Source: Fistulifera solaris
Lineage: Eukaryota
DNA length: 64,000 bases
Assembly (NCBI GenBank): GCA_030295235.1
Contig: AP026135.1
Location: 372,001 to 436,000, forward strand
Direction of reading: 5' to 3'
A program made the translations under genes and the position numbers. The notes under the pieces were generated by a model. It was not told where the DNA came from, did not search any database, and saw only the letters and a program-made list of their open reading frames with translations. Positions 24,509-35,943 of this stretch are shown here, piece after piece. Numbering within the stretch: position 1 is the stretch's first letter; each line of letters begins with the position of its first letter.

Positions 24509-25905
24509 TTAGTTCTTGTTTTTATAGGCAAACACCAAGAAATAGTTCTGAGTGGTAAATCTCCCTGCTTTAGAATCGACTTTAATCTTCAGGGATGCGG
24601 GTCCAGCAATGGGTTTATCCGTTAATAAGGTCATTCGAGTATCGACTGGTTCATCCTCCCTTTCCGATCTATCTATAGCTAAGACACCATCCTGGATCAC
24701 AGTCTTTTGTTTGTTGTCATGCAAAGTGAACACCGCACCAGCGGTTGATCGTGTGTAAACAGTGATAGTGACACTTTCATTGGCGCCAACCTCCAAAGTC
24801 TGTGAATTATGACCACTTTGGATGTGGAGGATGTGCTGTGAGAATGAATGTACTCTACTCTCTTTGTTTTCCCCTCATTGGACCACTTACCGCAAGTACA
24901 TAATGTGCGTCTCCATCCTATCTGCATCGCCTCCAAAATCTTCCATAATTATCGCATTCGTGTCTTTCGCGGTACCACCGTAGTCCGAAGGCAACTCAGC
25001 TCTGGGAATGAGCTCCAAAAGCCTCTTTTCGCTTTGTGCTTTCCCGGCAATGACTTCGATTTTGCTTGCCGTTCGCGGATCTAACCACGATTTGATCAGA
25101 CGCCATGAAGTAGCAAAGAATGAAGGGCTGTTGATAATCAGCATTTTGCTCATTGTCTCCGGAAAGCAAACCGAGTCGATGGCTGCTTGTTCCTTGACGA
25201 TGGCTAGGGCTTTTCGAGTTAGCTGTGCCATTGTTAGTCCGTTTAGGTCGAGTACGCAAAAGCATTCAAACCTGAGAATCGCTCAATGTTAGAGTTTTAC
25301 AATTTGATACTCTTTTGCTTCCAGTATTCGAGGAAATTCTACCTTTTGAAGTTTGGGTCTTTGGCCTTTAGATCACGAAGGCGACGAGAAAAGTCGTGCA
25401 TCATAATGTGCCAGTGAAAACGAAGAATTCCCTCTAGTGTTGTAATGCACTCCATTCCATCTACGCTAAGAATGCCGGGTTTCGAAAAGAATACCACGAC
25501 TCCATTATTCGATACACCATGATACAGCTGAGGATAATTAGCAAAGAATAACCTCGCATCGCAACCCAGAGCATCCACCGGATTAGGGTAAAATCCTTTC
25601 GCTCTCGGTTCCGAACTAGTTTCTACGGCTTGTTCCACCATGGTGATGACGTCTGCGACCACGAATTTACGAGCACGGAGCCAGCGACAGAGCGCCCATG
25701 CTTCTCCTTCCTCTTCCCCAAATGAGTACACTGTCGAGCGAAAATCGCCTCCTCGCTTTTCGATTTCTTCTTTAAAGCGGAAGAATGCATCCGTCTCGTG
25801 TTGGGTCAAATGACCAGGTACACCCCAGAGCATCGGATCGTTCGTCACATTGGATGAGCCATCGCCCATCAGTTGGGTAGCGGTCCAAACTTCGGGAGGC
25901 GACAT
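24509..25905 (-). CDS. Sec14-like CRAL-TRIO lipid-binding protein with C-terminal beta-rich (GOLD-like) domain
   Basis: Motifs LCRWLRARKF, VLDLNGL and FPETMSKMLIINSPSFFATSWRLIKSWLDPRTASKI. Introns at about 25272-25342 and 24817-24890. Start uncertain. Confidence 0.85.
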
Positions 25906-26503
25906 GAGACTGGGAGCAAAAAAAGCTTTGGCAGAGTGATTGGCGAATGAACGGGATGGTAGGGTTTCTGTTACTTCTCTCGACCGCCGTAGCACAATGA
26001 TGACAAGTACGGTTCCCTTGAACTAATCAGTGCTGTCCGAGTTATCTATGTATCGTTGTGCTCAGTTGAGAGTGTGCCTTAGGGTCTTTTTTGACCCAAA
26101 GTTATTGCTTCGAAGCGGAATCTTTGCTGTTTTCGTGAATCTTCGGTTCGCTCGCATCGTCATCGCGGTCTTTTTTCATGGCGTTTTCAAACTGAGTGAC
26201 GTCATGAACGTGCTTGAGTAGTGGAGTTATGAGTCCCATGACGGCTGACAGACAGATCAAGCCGTCATCGACCGCGATCCGCGATCGTCGGAAAACAGAA
26301 AAAATTGACCGCCACACTTTCGTCATGTCTTTAACTTTGTCTATACAGAGTAATACATTCAATCAAATCCCACCTTTCTAATCCAATATCCACTACTCAA
26401 ACTGCTGCCCATAGTCAGGAAGTCTATATTCACGTTATTTGGGCAGAGAAGCGGCTCGACGGGTCGCAACAAATAGGATTACCAGCCCTACACACGTTCG
26501 GAA

Positions 26504-26997
26504 ATGCCGACCATCAAGCAAGAAACCCGCCCACCAGTTCTGATCAGTAACCAAGAAGTGATGGAAATACTGGAACGACGTATGAAGAATAGATCCAACA
26601 AACGAAAGCGTCCGTCAAAGCTGCAACATTGCGAATGGATTGAAGATAAAGTCGTCCAGCATCTCAAACAAACCCCATGCGTTCGACTGAATGCTAGTCG
26701 TCGAGACGAATTGCGATCATCACTGCAAAGTAGCAAAAAGTCTTCCACTGGATTCGCATTAACCGATGCGGAAAGCTTGCAAATTGTGAATAGCATGCCA
26801 ACGGAACCAGTGGAACTGCATTTGCTGGTCGAAGATTTGCATGCTCGTATGACAGATCGTCAGCAAAAGAACTGCTTCAATTTATTGCATCCTTTTCGAA
26901 GGATGAAGCTGCCACGAGCACACCGACCACAAACCACAACACCCTTGAGGAGACCGTTAATGATACGGGCGACATGGCAATCAAAGATGAAGATTAA
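26504..26997 (+). CDS. RPC9: RNA polymerase III subunit C17/RPC9 (Rpb4 family)
   Basis: Motifs LISNQEVMEIL and LTDAESLQIVNSMPTEPVELHLLVED. A frameshift near 26865 leads to an acidic tail. Confidence 0.75.
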
Positions 26998-27379
26998 ACA
27001 ATTTGTTCGAACTCTTAATCGCTTCATAGCTTCAAAATTCGTTTCGATTTCAAAGCTACGAATCTTTTCAAACTAACGGTCGGACGGCTCGATCAAAGAA
27101 GCCAATTCAAAGAGGGACGCTGGGTTTGTATGCCTGTAGTTTTTCTGCTACATCGTTATTAATTCGAACTGTACACAAAAATCATTCTTCTGGTGCCTAT
27201 GTGACATTTACAGACCATGACGCGAAACGCGCCGTTAAAAACACAGCGCAAGGCTGCCAGCAAAAGGATCATCGCTTTCACTGCACTCCGAAGTCGAAAC
27301 GAATCATAGAAGCAAACTGGTTGTTTTTTCAGTACATTGTTATCGAACTTTTTGATTTTCTCCAAGTAAATCATCAAGA

Positions 27380-29774
27380 ATGGCGGGGGTGGAAGAAGAT
27401 CTCCTTCGATACTTGATTGAGCAGTTAACACACTTCGCTCGAGCGGCCGGGTTCTCCATAGAGGAAGCGATTGATGTAGAACAATGCCGTACGATACTAG
27501 AGGTAACGGATGGTGACATTGACATAGCATCTCAGTTGTACTGGGATGACTATATGGCACGACGGAATCGCGACCAAAATCATGAGCCGGAAGAGGATGT
27601 CGCGCCGCGTGACGAAATGATGAATGATGACGAAGTTCGTCGACGATTGGAGCCAGATTTTAATGATCAAATTGAAGAAATAGATGATGACGCAGAATTA
27701 GCGGAGGGTGTACGTATCCGCTTGCGGGAGGATATTCAGGAAACGAACCGATTGGCGCGGGCAGCTCGGGATTTGGCTGAACGAGCGGGTGAAAATGAGG
27801 ATGATGGTAACAACGTGATTGTTGGGAGACTTGCTGCGCGAGCAGCAGAGCTCTTAGCTAATCGAGCTCATCTTGAAAATGAAAGCGTTTCCGTTTCCGA
27901 TGATGAGTGTGGAGGAGTATGGAAGGTCGTTGGAGGGATCGCTGCTAGTTTAAAACATCGTGGCAACGAAGAGGAAGAGGAAGAAGGACTTCCTGCAAGG
28001 AAGCGCAGAAAGACAGAAGAAAAGGAAACTTCTATTGATGAAGACGGGTTCCTAAGTGATAGTGACTGGGTCTGGGATTCGTTTGACAGTCGAAAACAAA
28101 TTCCACTTTGCGATCCCTTTGAACTCTTATGGGGTTCGCCTTCTACTCGACCGGCTGACTCAGCTCCGCGACCGGGACGTGTCCAACCAGAACCAGACCC
28201 AGAACCAGCTGTTGAGGGTCGCGGGCAACGTCATTGATGATGATGACGTTGACGAACCCTTGAATAATAAATGTTGTGGTATTCCAAGATCATGGCTTAA
28301 TGCAGGATTTTCACTTTCAGAAGATGGTATGGGCCTGGTTCTACCCCCGCCCACTGAGGATGACATTACTTATTTTGGATGGCAACAGCAAGCGGACGGA
28401 ACTGTTCAAGATAGTCCTCCACCTCCGTATCATTGCGGGTCCGTCTCAGCGCTACTTTCCATTGTGACAGGATTGTTGTACACCGGAGTTTCGTATCAAA
28501 GACTTTCGATCAGTGCCTCTTCTGCACGTGTATCGTTCGCTGAGCTCAGCGAAGAAGACAAAAAGCGTGAGTTTGAATCAAGACTTGCCGACGTACTGGC
28601 CGTTCTGCTCCAAATCGCTGCGAAGGCTTCCTTAGCCAGGAAAGAAAAAGCTTTAGCTACGCTGAGGAAGAGTAAAGATCCTACGGATATTCGAAGATGG
28701 CAGAAAATCGAGAGAAAACTACGATTATGCCCGACTTGTTGGTGGGAGACTGACGGAAGCGGAGAATTACGTCTTCCTGTAGGTCGAGAGTCTGACAAAC
28801 TTCAGATTGCGACTTCCTACACCAATATTGAAGAACTCCGATCGTACGTTCTAAGCAACATGCGTTCGTTCACAGCTCGAGGAGGATGTGCACTTTTTCT
28901 TGAGACTATTACTCGAATTCACGGAAAAGGAGTTATTTTGCGTTTGATCCAAGAGGCACGTCGTCAAAGTGGTTGCTTTTCATCGATTAAGTCACTCATA
29001 CAGTGTAACTGTGATGATGCCAACAGACATGTGAAGATCCCTCCACAGCAGCTCCGGGTACGTTCTAAAACTAAGGAATTGATGGAAGCTCTCCCCAAGT
29101 CAGCCAAGTGCATGTCTATTGAGCTTATCAGTTTGCTGCTGACGGGTCGGGTTCACTCCACACTGAAGGGATGGTCCACGGGGGTGCTCGGCTTGGGTAT
29201 GCTTTCATATACCAGTAATGAAATAGGGAAAAGCCTCACCAGACCCGGTAAACCTGTTTGGATTCTTCAAGGTCCTTCTTCGTATTCCGTCATCTGGATG
29301 AGCAGTGGACATGAACACGGTGAAGTCTTTGCAAAAGCAGACCAACCCGATTCTGTCGTAGAATTGACGCACTTCTGCTGTTGGCCTGGTCAGCAAAATA
29401 CTTCACTTTTGCGTCTTTCGGCTGGTTGCTATCAAAGAAGAGACAAGGAATCATTAAAATTTTCTTTGTCTGACACAGAGTCGGTCGATGAAAATCTTTG
29501 TGTAAGCGAGTATGAGTTGGTAGCAGCACATGTCAATGAAGACGACCGCAAACTATACAAGGAAAATCACCGACTGTGGAGATACCGATTCGACGATGGT
29601 TGGAAAGGAGATGATTGCGAAGCATCCTGGATTCCTTTCTACAGACTAAGCGAGCGCCAGAAGCTTATTGTTGAGACAAAGCTTGGTCCAAAGATCAACA
29701 CAATTCTTCTGAAGCGATGGCCCCGTGCGGCAATTGAGAAGGTTGACGACAATTCGCCCAACGCCATCGTGTAA
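27380..29774 (+). CDS. MINDY-3/4-like deubiquitinase-fold protein with N-terminal UBA-like domain
   Basis: N-terminal CRTILEVTDGDIDIASQLYW is UBA-like. MINDY-like blocks are HCGSV, GCALFLETITRIHG, ELISLLLTGR and LGMLS...IGKSLTRPGKPVWIL. Frameshift near 28215. Confidence 0.6.
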
Positions 29775-29851
29775 TTGACGCCCTTTGTACTAGATTTCTC
29801 ATTTCTTTTAGTAGGAACACGGCTCATTTACATTACAGAATGATATTTAAA

Positions 29852-30469
29852 TTATATGCTTATATCCTCGATTCTTCCAGATTTTTCCAGCACGGCCTCC
29901 ATCTCCACGGTCCATTGCTCAATATTATTCTCTGCGTTTCGTCTTAAAAGACGAGCTAGCGCTGCTCTCGCAGCTAATCGAGCACTTTCACTCTCAAATC
30001 GTTTTCGATATACAATATCCCAGAGCCCGTGATTCTGGCCTAGTTCTAGCGTAAGACCATCTCCTTGTACGTAGCTACTACAGATGAGCAAATATCCGCT
30101 CTTATTCAATTGCTGTGAGACTTCCGGTGAAAGACCGTCGTCAGACCGTACCACCAAACTGTGCTGATGATTTTTGAATCTGGCGGAGCACGTCATGCAG
30201 TTGCCGCGCCGGCAATCCGAAGGCATTTCCGGCAGTGCGAGTGTATCGGCCGCCCCCGTTCGCTCCAGTGCATCCAAAATAGTTTCCGACTTTCTGACTT
30301 GAATATCACAGGACGTCCCTTCGTAATGAACAGTGACTGTGTAAGATTCCGCCCGCAATTGTAGATGTCGGAATCGACGAAGCTCGGGAGTGATGAAGCT
30401 GGCGGCTGGGTTCCACAGAAGTACATAATATAGCAACAATGGCAGGGTCTGTGGTACGAAACGGGTCAT
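29852..30469 (-). CDS. Plant-type [2Fe-2S] ferredoxin with C-terminal extension, plastid-targeted
   Basis: C-x4-C-x2-C motif CRRGNCMTC plus distal LLICSSY. Signal peptide ends in PAAS-F; about 60-aa C-terminal extension (FdC-like). Confidence 0.85.
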   Translation of the reverse strand: MTRFVPQTLPLLLYYVLLWNPAASFITPELRRFRHLQLRAESYTVTVHYEGTSCDIQVRKSETILDALERTGAADTLALPEMPSDCRRGNCMTCSARFKNHQHSLVVRSDDGLSPEVSQQLNKSGYLLICSSYVQGDGLTLELGQNHGLWDIVYRKRFESESARLAARAALARLLRRNAENNIEQWTVEMEAVLEKSGRIEDISI

Positions 30470-30811
30470 GACTATCGATGCTTCTATTAATTGATGCTTC
30501 TGCTGGATGCACTTTCAAGCCGTTATTCTTGAATGGTCTTGTTTTCAGTTTCATCAAAGCGCAATAAAAAACGAAGTGCCTCCATACTTTCTCGTCGTCC
30601 TCCCGTCACGTGCACGAAATGGCAAGGCGACCGGAGAGTACGCGCGGAAGGCGGAGCGACACAAGCAGTAAAATAGACTCACGACTAAACGAATCACACA
30701 TCAACAAGGTTAGATTTTTCCTCCAAGCTTTTGAAACTAAAATTACAAATGTGGTTCCAACCTTGTTCTATGTTTGCATTCATATCCCGTCATAATGACG
30801 ATTTATGGCTC

Positions 30812-30814
<3 letters not shown>

Positions 30815-30845
<31 letters not shown>
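30815..30845. repeat. (CT)n microsatellite
   Basis: About 15 perfect CT units. Confidence 0.95.
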
Positions 30846-30848
<3 letters not shown>

Positions 30849-30851
30849 GCG

Positions 30852-31443
30852 TCACGAGCACGACGACTCTTCCCTCTTAGCTTCTTTCGCAGCCTTTCGG
30901 GCATTTTTTCTTCTCTTCTGCTAGCTTTTTCTTCTCTTCTTTCGTAAGTTTCTTTTTAAACAACGAATCCTCATTACTCACTGGCGCTAATTCCGATTGC
31001 CCTTCTTCTTTTGGTCGAGGTTTCGAATTAGGGGCGATGTTCCTATTTCAATGGAGACGGGTATCTGAGCGGCGATACCTTCCGCGCCTCCAGACCAACC
31101 TAGCATTCGAGAATCGCACAGCATACCTTCGGACATGACACCTCCGACGACAGTCTTTTTGATTTCGATTTCTTCTCCTTCTTCGTTCACAACTGTGGAG
31201 CCAACCGGAGCGACTGCCACTCTTTGACACACCTTTTCTGAGAAGAATATCACACACAGTTTGGTATCATTCATGTACGTACCTTGATCCTTCTCGCACA
31301 TTGGGAGCGTTGGTAACAACAGTAATGGGATTATTCTCGTCGCCGATATTGATGCGACATGTTTTGAGTGTTTTGTTGCCTTTTGACAATGACTCTTCAA
31401 CCGAGAGGACTACTCCAACGACGTACTCCGACAAATCAACCAT
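30852..31443 (-). CDS. tRNA-binding OB-fold protein (PheRS-beta/Trbp111-like) with Lys-rich tail
   Basis: MVDLSEYVVGVVLSVEE...ITVVTNAPNVREG, an intron starting at 31282, then VAVAPVGS...GVMSEGMLCDSRMLG. Frameshifts occur in the 3' part. Confidence 0.75.
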
Positions 31444-31538
31444 TGTGACTGCTGATTCTGTGAGTAGAGCAGCGCTCGTATCGTAAATAATGGATATTGT
31501 GGGTTAAAAATGTCGTGGCATTTCGGAAGAAAGGAAGT

Positions 31539-31573
31539 TTGACGATTGACGATTGACGATTGACGATTGACGA
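31539..31573. repeat. (TTGACGA)5 tandem heptamer
   Basis: Five perfect copies about 100 bp upstream of the tRNA-binding gene start. Confidence 0.95.
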
Positions 31574-31673
31574 TCATCGCAACTTGTCTGTCCGTTGTAC
31601 GGTTTGCTAGGCATATTGACATATTGAGATAATGACGGTCTTCTTGAATTTTAAAATAACTTTTATGTCTATG

Positions 31674-33288
31674 TCACCATCTACACCTCCTACCTGTTAG
31701 CGCGAACAACCTCTCGTTGTAAGGCTTTACAAACATTTTTAGTTCAGTCATAGTTTCGTTCGACAAAGGAATCGCTTGACTTGACGGGTCTCTTCTGTTC
31801 TCTTGTTGGATTGTATCCCAGGTGACTTCTTCGTCATAGCCCCGGTGCCCTCCAACATTGTAGGCTCCTTTGGTGATAACTTCAGAAAAGTTGAAAGAAG
31901 GGAGGCCTAAAACTGACCCAAGTCGTTCAAAGCGCTTCCACTTTGATCGCCGAGTTCTTCGGTACAGATGAAATAGATTTCTTGTCTCGGATAAAGGGCA
32001 TACCACCATTCTAGTGGCAAAGTGTATAGACCACGCCCAATGAATGCCTGTACCAAATGGAGGTTATTATCAAGAATCACCTTTTCGGGATTATTCATTT
32101 GAAGTTTAGACCATTGCTTTCGGAGAACAGTAGAATTCACATTCCCACCATAACAAAAGCCATCAAGATCCACCAAGGGCGGCTCATCAGCAAATGATCT
32201 TCGCTGAAACTCTGGTTGAGCCCACGATTTAGCTCCGTATTTCTCTCGAGCTCCGACAATGCCCGGTCCTTCTGCCGCAAGGCACTCTCGCAAACTTGAA
32301 GTTCAGCCTTGATCATGTCCTCAAAACTGAACAAAAAGTCGAGATAGTAAGAATCGGGCTGACCTTTTTCGATGCCTTTCACTTTCCCACTCTTCATCCT
32401 CTCTACTGTGGGTGAAAGATAGTTGTAACGGTAGGAAGAATAAGCTCTATCGATCGGGTCACGTCCCACTGCAATGATTTTCGGTCCTTTGAGCCGTTCG
32501 CGGATCAAGTGTGCAACATCCGGGTAAGGCAAATATCCCGGACTCGCTTCGCCGGTCATCAATGCACCGGACGCTAAAAAACTAATTGTCTTTGGAAAGT
32601 GACTCAAGTACCATTTCATTGGGTAATGCGCGTAATACTGAAGACAATTTGTGTTAGGTTGGATTTTCGACGGACATGATAGTAATTAGAAACGCTTACC
32701 TTGAAATAATGTATTTGCTTTTCTGAAGCTGGCAAAACTTTTGGATGATCTACAAGGTAGTGGTATAGAGAGCTTCGAATGGAGTGAGAACGAGTTAGAG
32801 CAGACATAATTATATCAAACGCAATTGAGAACCCATACCTTGTTCCGCATTTCCCCGCTCCTATGATAATGAAACCAGGTCTACAAAGTCCAGCCAAATC
32901 CGTCGATTGCGACATATATGAAACGCGAGTATAGGATGGAGGACTCGTTGCAAAAGTTTTAACTTCTTTGCTCCATGTTACTTCTTCGTGACTGGCGTAG
33001 CACGGGCCCCATTCGCTTGTAATGTTACACCGGTTCCCCTCACAGTTCCAAAATGGGGGCCGAATACCTCGGTCATTCACAAAATCAGTAGAGCTATATA
33101 CCGTTCCCAGAAGCTCTTCCGGGACGATCCCCGCACGCTCGGTGGTAGAGACCTGGTCGAAACTGGGGAAGGATATCACGTGTTGGACCCATTCGAAATT
33201 CTCAAAGCAGTAGAAAAAGATAAAGAAAAAGCCCACAAACGATAGCGATTTTTCTTCGAGAGTATCTCCACATTTCCATTGCTTCCAT
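31674..33288 (-). CDS. Golgi-type sulfotransferase (heparan 3-O-sulfotransferase-like)
   Basis: 5'-PSB FIIIGAGKCGTS, TGEASPGYL, 3'-PB RDPIDRAYSSY, FVKPYNERLFALTG and an N-terminal TM. Introns 32773-32838 and 32638-32699; several frameshifts. Confidence 0.85.
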
Positions 33289-33749
33289 TTATCAAAACAG
33301 AGCTGAAAAAGTGTAACATCTATCGAAAGACGTTCTAAGATTCGTCGACTCTTTTGTGGTTTATTCGCAGTTTGCAGTGCATGTTTTTCTTTTTTCCTTT
33401 TTCCTTTTTCGAGTCAGTCCTCTCGTGTGTGAGCGGGTGTCAGTCCTCTCGTGTTTTCACACGGAGCAGGTGCGCGCGCGCCCTAATCGGTACCGTTCTC
33501 CTGTCGCCCCAAGAAAAAATGGTATGTGTTGAAACGTGTAATAGCTTCATTTTTCAAGATACATTGCAAGGTTACATGTAACCCGCATCAATTTCTAAAC
33601 CACTCCGGACTACCGTGTAACATATACTCCTTTGGGACTACCGTGTAAGCAATAAGCCTGATTATCTTCCGATAATCTATGGATGCCCTATTCCTAAACT
33701 GGCCAAACGATGAACTACAAAAAAGATTAGAGAATCATGGCAAAACTAT

Positions 33750-35354
33750 TCATCCGACTGCCTGCCAGTGCTGGATCAGCATTTTGGAAACAGCAAGCAA
33801 AGCCTCTTTCTGAAGCTCCACGTGGCTGTGATCTATTAACGCCATGACAGCGTCGCGGGCCCCTAAACGAGAGGCTAGTAATCTCCCATTTGGGTAGTGA
33901 CGAACAAACTCCCCTAAATCATAGCAGGCTATCGAGGCAACTTCTTCGTCCGCATTCACGGTTAAACGAACCAGATCATGGATGGTTCTGAATTGCCCGT
34001 CATTTCCTTCGAAATATTTGACATTTTCTCGCAAAAACTCCTCGGTATGCAAGACACCCCATTGTAGATGAGATGATTCCACTTCGGCTTGGTAAAGATC
34101 CCAACGAGTCATGTGACGAAACGTTTCTTGTAAATGTCCTTCCAAGATGTCGATGTCATCGATCATGTCCTGATCGTTCCACTTGGCACCTTCTTTCAAT
34201 CGTTCGAGACGTGTTAGCAAGCCACAACCAATCATTTCGGTACGAAAAGCGAGCGCATCAAAGCCGACTTCTGCGGGTGATGTGTGGAACGTTGCCAAAT
34301 TGCGCAATGTCGATAGAGCCAGCCGAGTAATTTTTTCGCGCGTAGCGGCAGCCACCAGATCCACCAGTGCCGGTACAGCACCATCCCGATGAAAATGCTT
34401 TCTCAGACTGTGATGGTCGCAGCAGTCAAACGATAGAAGCCACAGACAATACGTGAGTTCGTAAAGCTGTTGCACGGAAGCTCCCGCTTTTCTCGGAAGG
34501 TTGTTGGGATCCTTGTCGGAGGTAAGCAAATGACGAGACAGAAAACCTAGCCCTCCGTTGTAGACAAAACAAAGACGGGCTTCTTTGATTTCTAGGATGA
34601 TTGTCATGCTGGGGGTGACGGCGGCAAGTGCTGATGGAGAAGTGGCCGATTGTAGCCGGGAAGTGATCCACGTGACAAAACTTCTCAGAACAGATGATAA
34701 CGACGAAAATAGCTGACCAATTTCTTCCTGTAAACAACCCTCATAGAGAATACAAGCCAAACAAAAAGCAGCCCCTCTCTGAGCGAACAGATCCGATTTC
34801 GTTGCCGATAGAACTCTGTGCAAAATGCGCCAGTCCTCGAGTAAAAATCCAGAAGGAAAAAATGTATTTGCGATTGTTGACTTGGTATTTCTCGTTGCTC
34901 TGAGCGCTATTATGACTTCAGAAAGCTTCGATATGGCGTAGTGGAGCCAAACTCCCTGAAAATCGACGAGATATAATTGATGGGCTTCATCGTCAGAAAG
35001 ACTCTGATCGAGGGACAGCTTGGAGACTCTTGAGTTTTTATTGTGTTCAGACGATGTGCAAGTAAGATCTATCAATTTGAGCAAAAGAAGAACATATGAT
35101 TCAGCATCCTTATGGTCATTCAAAGTGTATTCGAGAGGATTTTCTTCAGCAGCTCTCAACAGTGACTTATCGGGGTCAGAGAGCGCCAACTTTTCCAATG
35201 GATTCTCCTGAATTCCCAAAAAGACTTCACTGACAGGTGATGGAGAGAGCGTTACTGGAAAAGGCATGTATGAGATGTTGAATGCTGTTGAGATGGGATT
35301 GTCATTGTGAATTTCGGTTTCGTGGTCGTCGTCGCCGCATTTTTCTCCCCTCAT
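33750..35354 (-). CDS. ATP6V1H: V-type H+-ATPase subunit H
   Basis: Motifs QQLYELTYCLWLLSF, REKITRLAL, LQWGVLHTEEFLREN, IACYDLGEFVRHYPNGR and EALLAVSKML. The true start may be the later MPFPV. Confidence 0.9.
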   Translation of the reverse strand: MRGEKCGDDDHETEIHNDNPISTAFNISYMPFPVTLSPSPVSEVFLGIQENPLEKLALSDPDKSLLRAAEENPLEYTLNDHKDAESYVLLLLKLIDLTCTSSEHNKNSRVSKLSLDQSLSDDEAHQLYLVDFQGVWLHYAISKLSEVIIALRATRNTKSTIANTFFPSGFLLEDWRILHRVLSATKSDLFAQRGAAFCLACILYEGCLQEEIGQLFSSLSSVLRSFVTWITSRLQSATSPSALAAVTPSMTIILEIKEARLCFVYNGGLGFLSRHLLTSDKDPNNLPRKAGASVQQLYELTYCLWLLSFDCCDHHSLRKHFHRDGAVPALVDLVAAATREKITRLALSTLRNLATFHTSPAEVGFDALAFRTEMIGCGLLTRLERLKEGAKWNDQDMIDDIDILEGHLQETFRHMTRWDLYQAEVESSHLQWGVLHTEEFLRENVKYFEGNDGQFRTIHDLVRLTVNADEEVASIACYDLGEFVRHYPNGRLLASRLGARDAVMALIDHSHVELQKEALLAVSKMLIQHWQAVG

Positions 35355-35943
35355 TTATTTCGTACTCCGGTACCGGTACGGTATTACGTATTACGTATTA
35401 CTCCGTACGTTTTTTTCAATACGTTCATTTATTAAGGATGGAGCCATAAAAAAGCGCGCCTGATTGAATATACGCTTAGAAGTACTCAGTGTTTAGGGTT
35501 GTTAGCACGACTTACCGTTTTTCCAGATCCGTTTTAACCGCCAATCGCCATCCAATTACTATTCTCTATTCGCAGAGTGACTAACTAAGCTAAGTAACCA
35601 AACACTGGACTACTGTCAAAACAAGTCTAATTCGGAAGGAATTTAGAAATTTAGAATAATCAAAATGGAGGGACATTTTACACGATTCCATTGCAATGAC
35701 AAATTTCGCTTATTGTATGCGATATTTACTACTATTAAAATTCTACTTAACGGGGATGCTTTGGGAACCGGCTTTGCCTTGACGTTTCTTGCACCTTGCA
35801 CCCCGTTTACGGCATTCCGTAAAAACATTCCCTTCCAGTGTTTTTACCCAGCTCTTCAATTTCAATCCCTTCAAAACGGAGCGATTGTTTTGGTATGATT
35901 GAGCCGTGAGAAACCAAGCAACTTGCCTGCAATTGATATTACT

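Noticed and set aside
26102..26362. 86-aa minus-strand ORF between the Sec14-like and RPC9 genes
   Set aside because: No recognisable motif. It could be an upstream exon or noise and cannot be supported.
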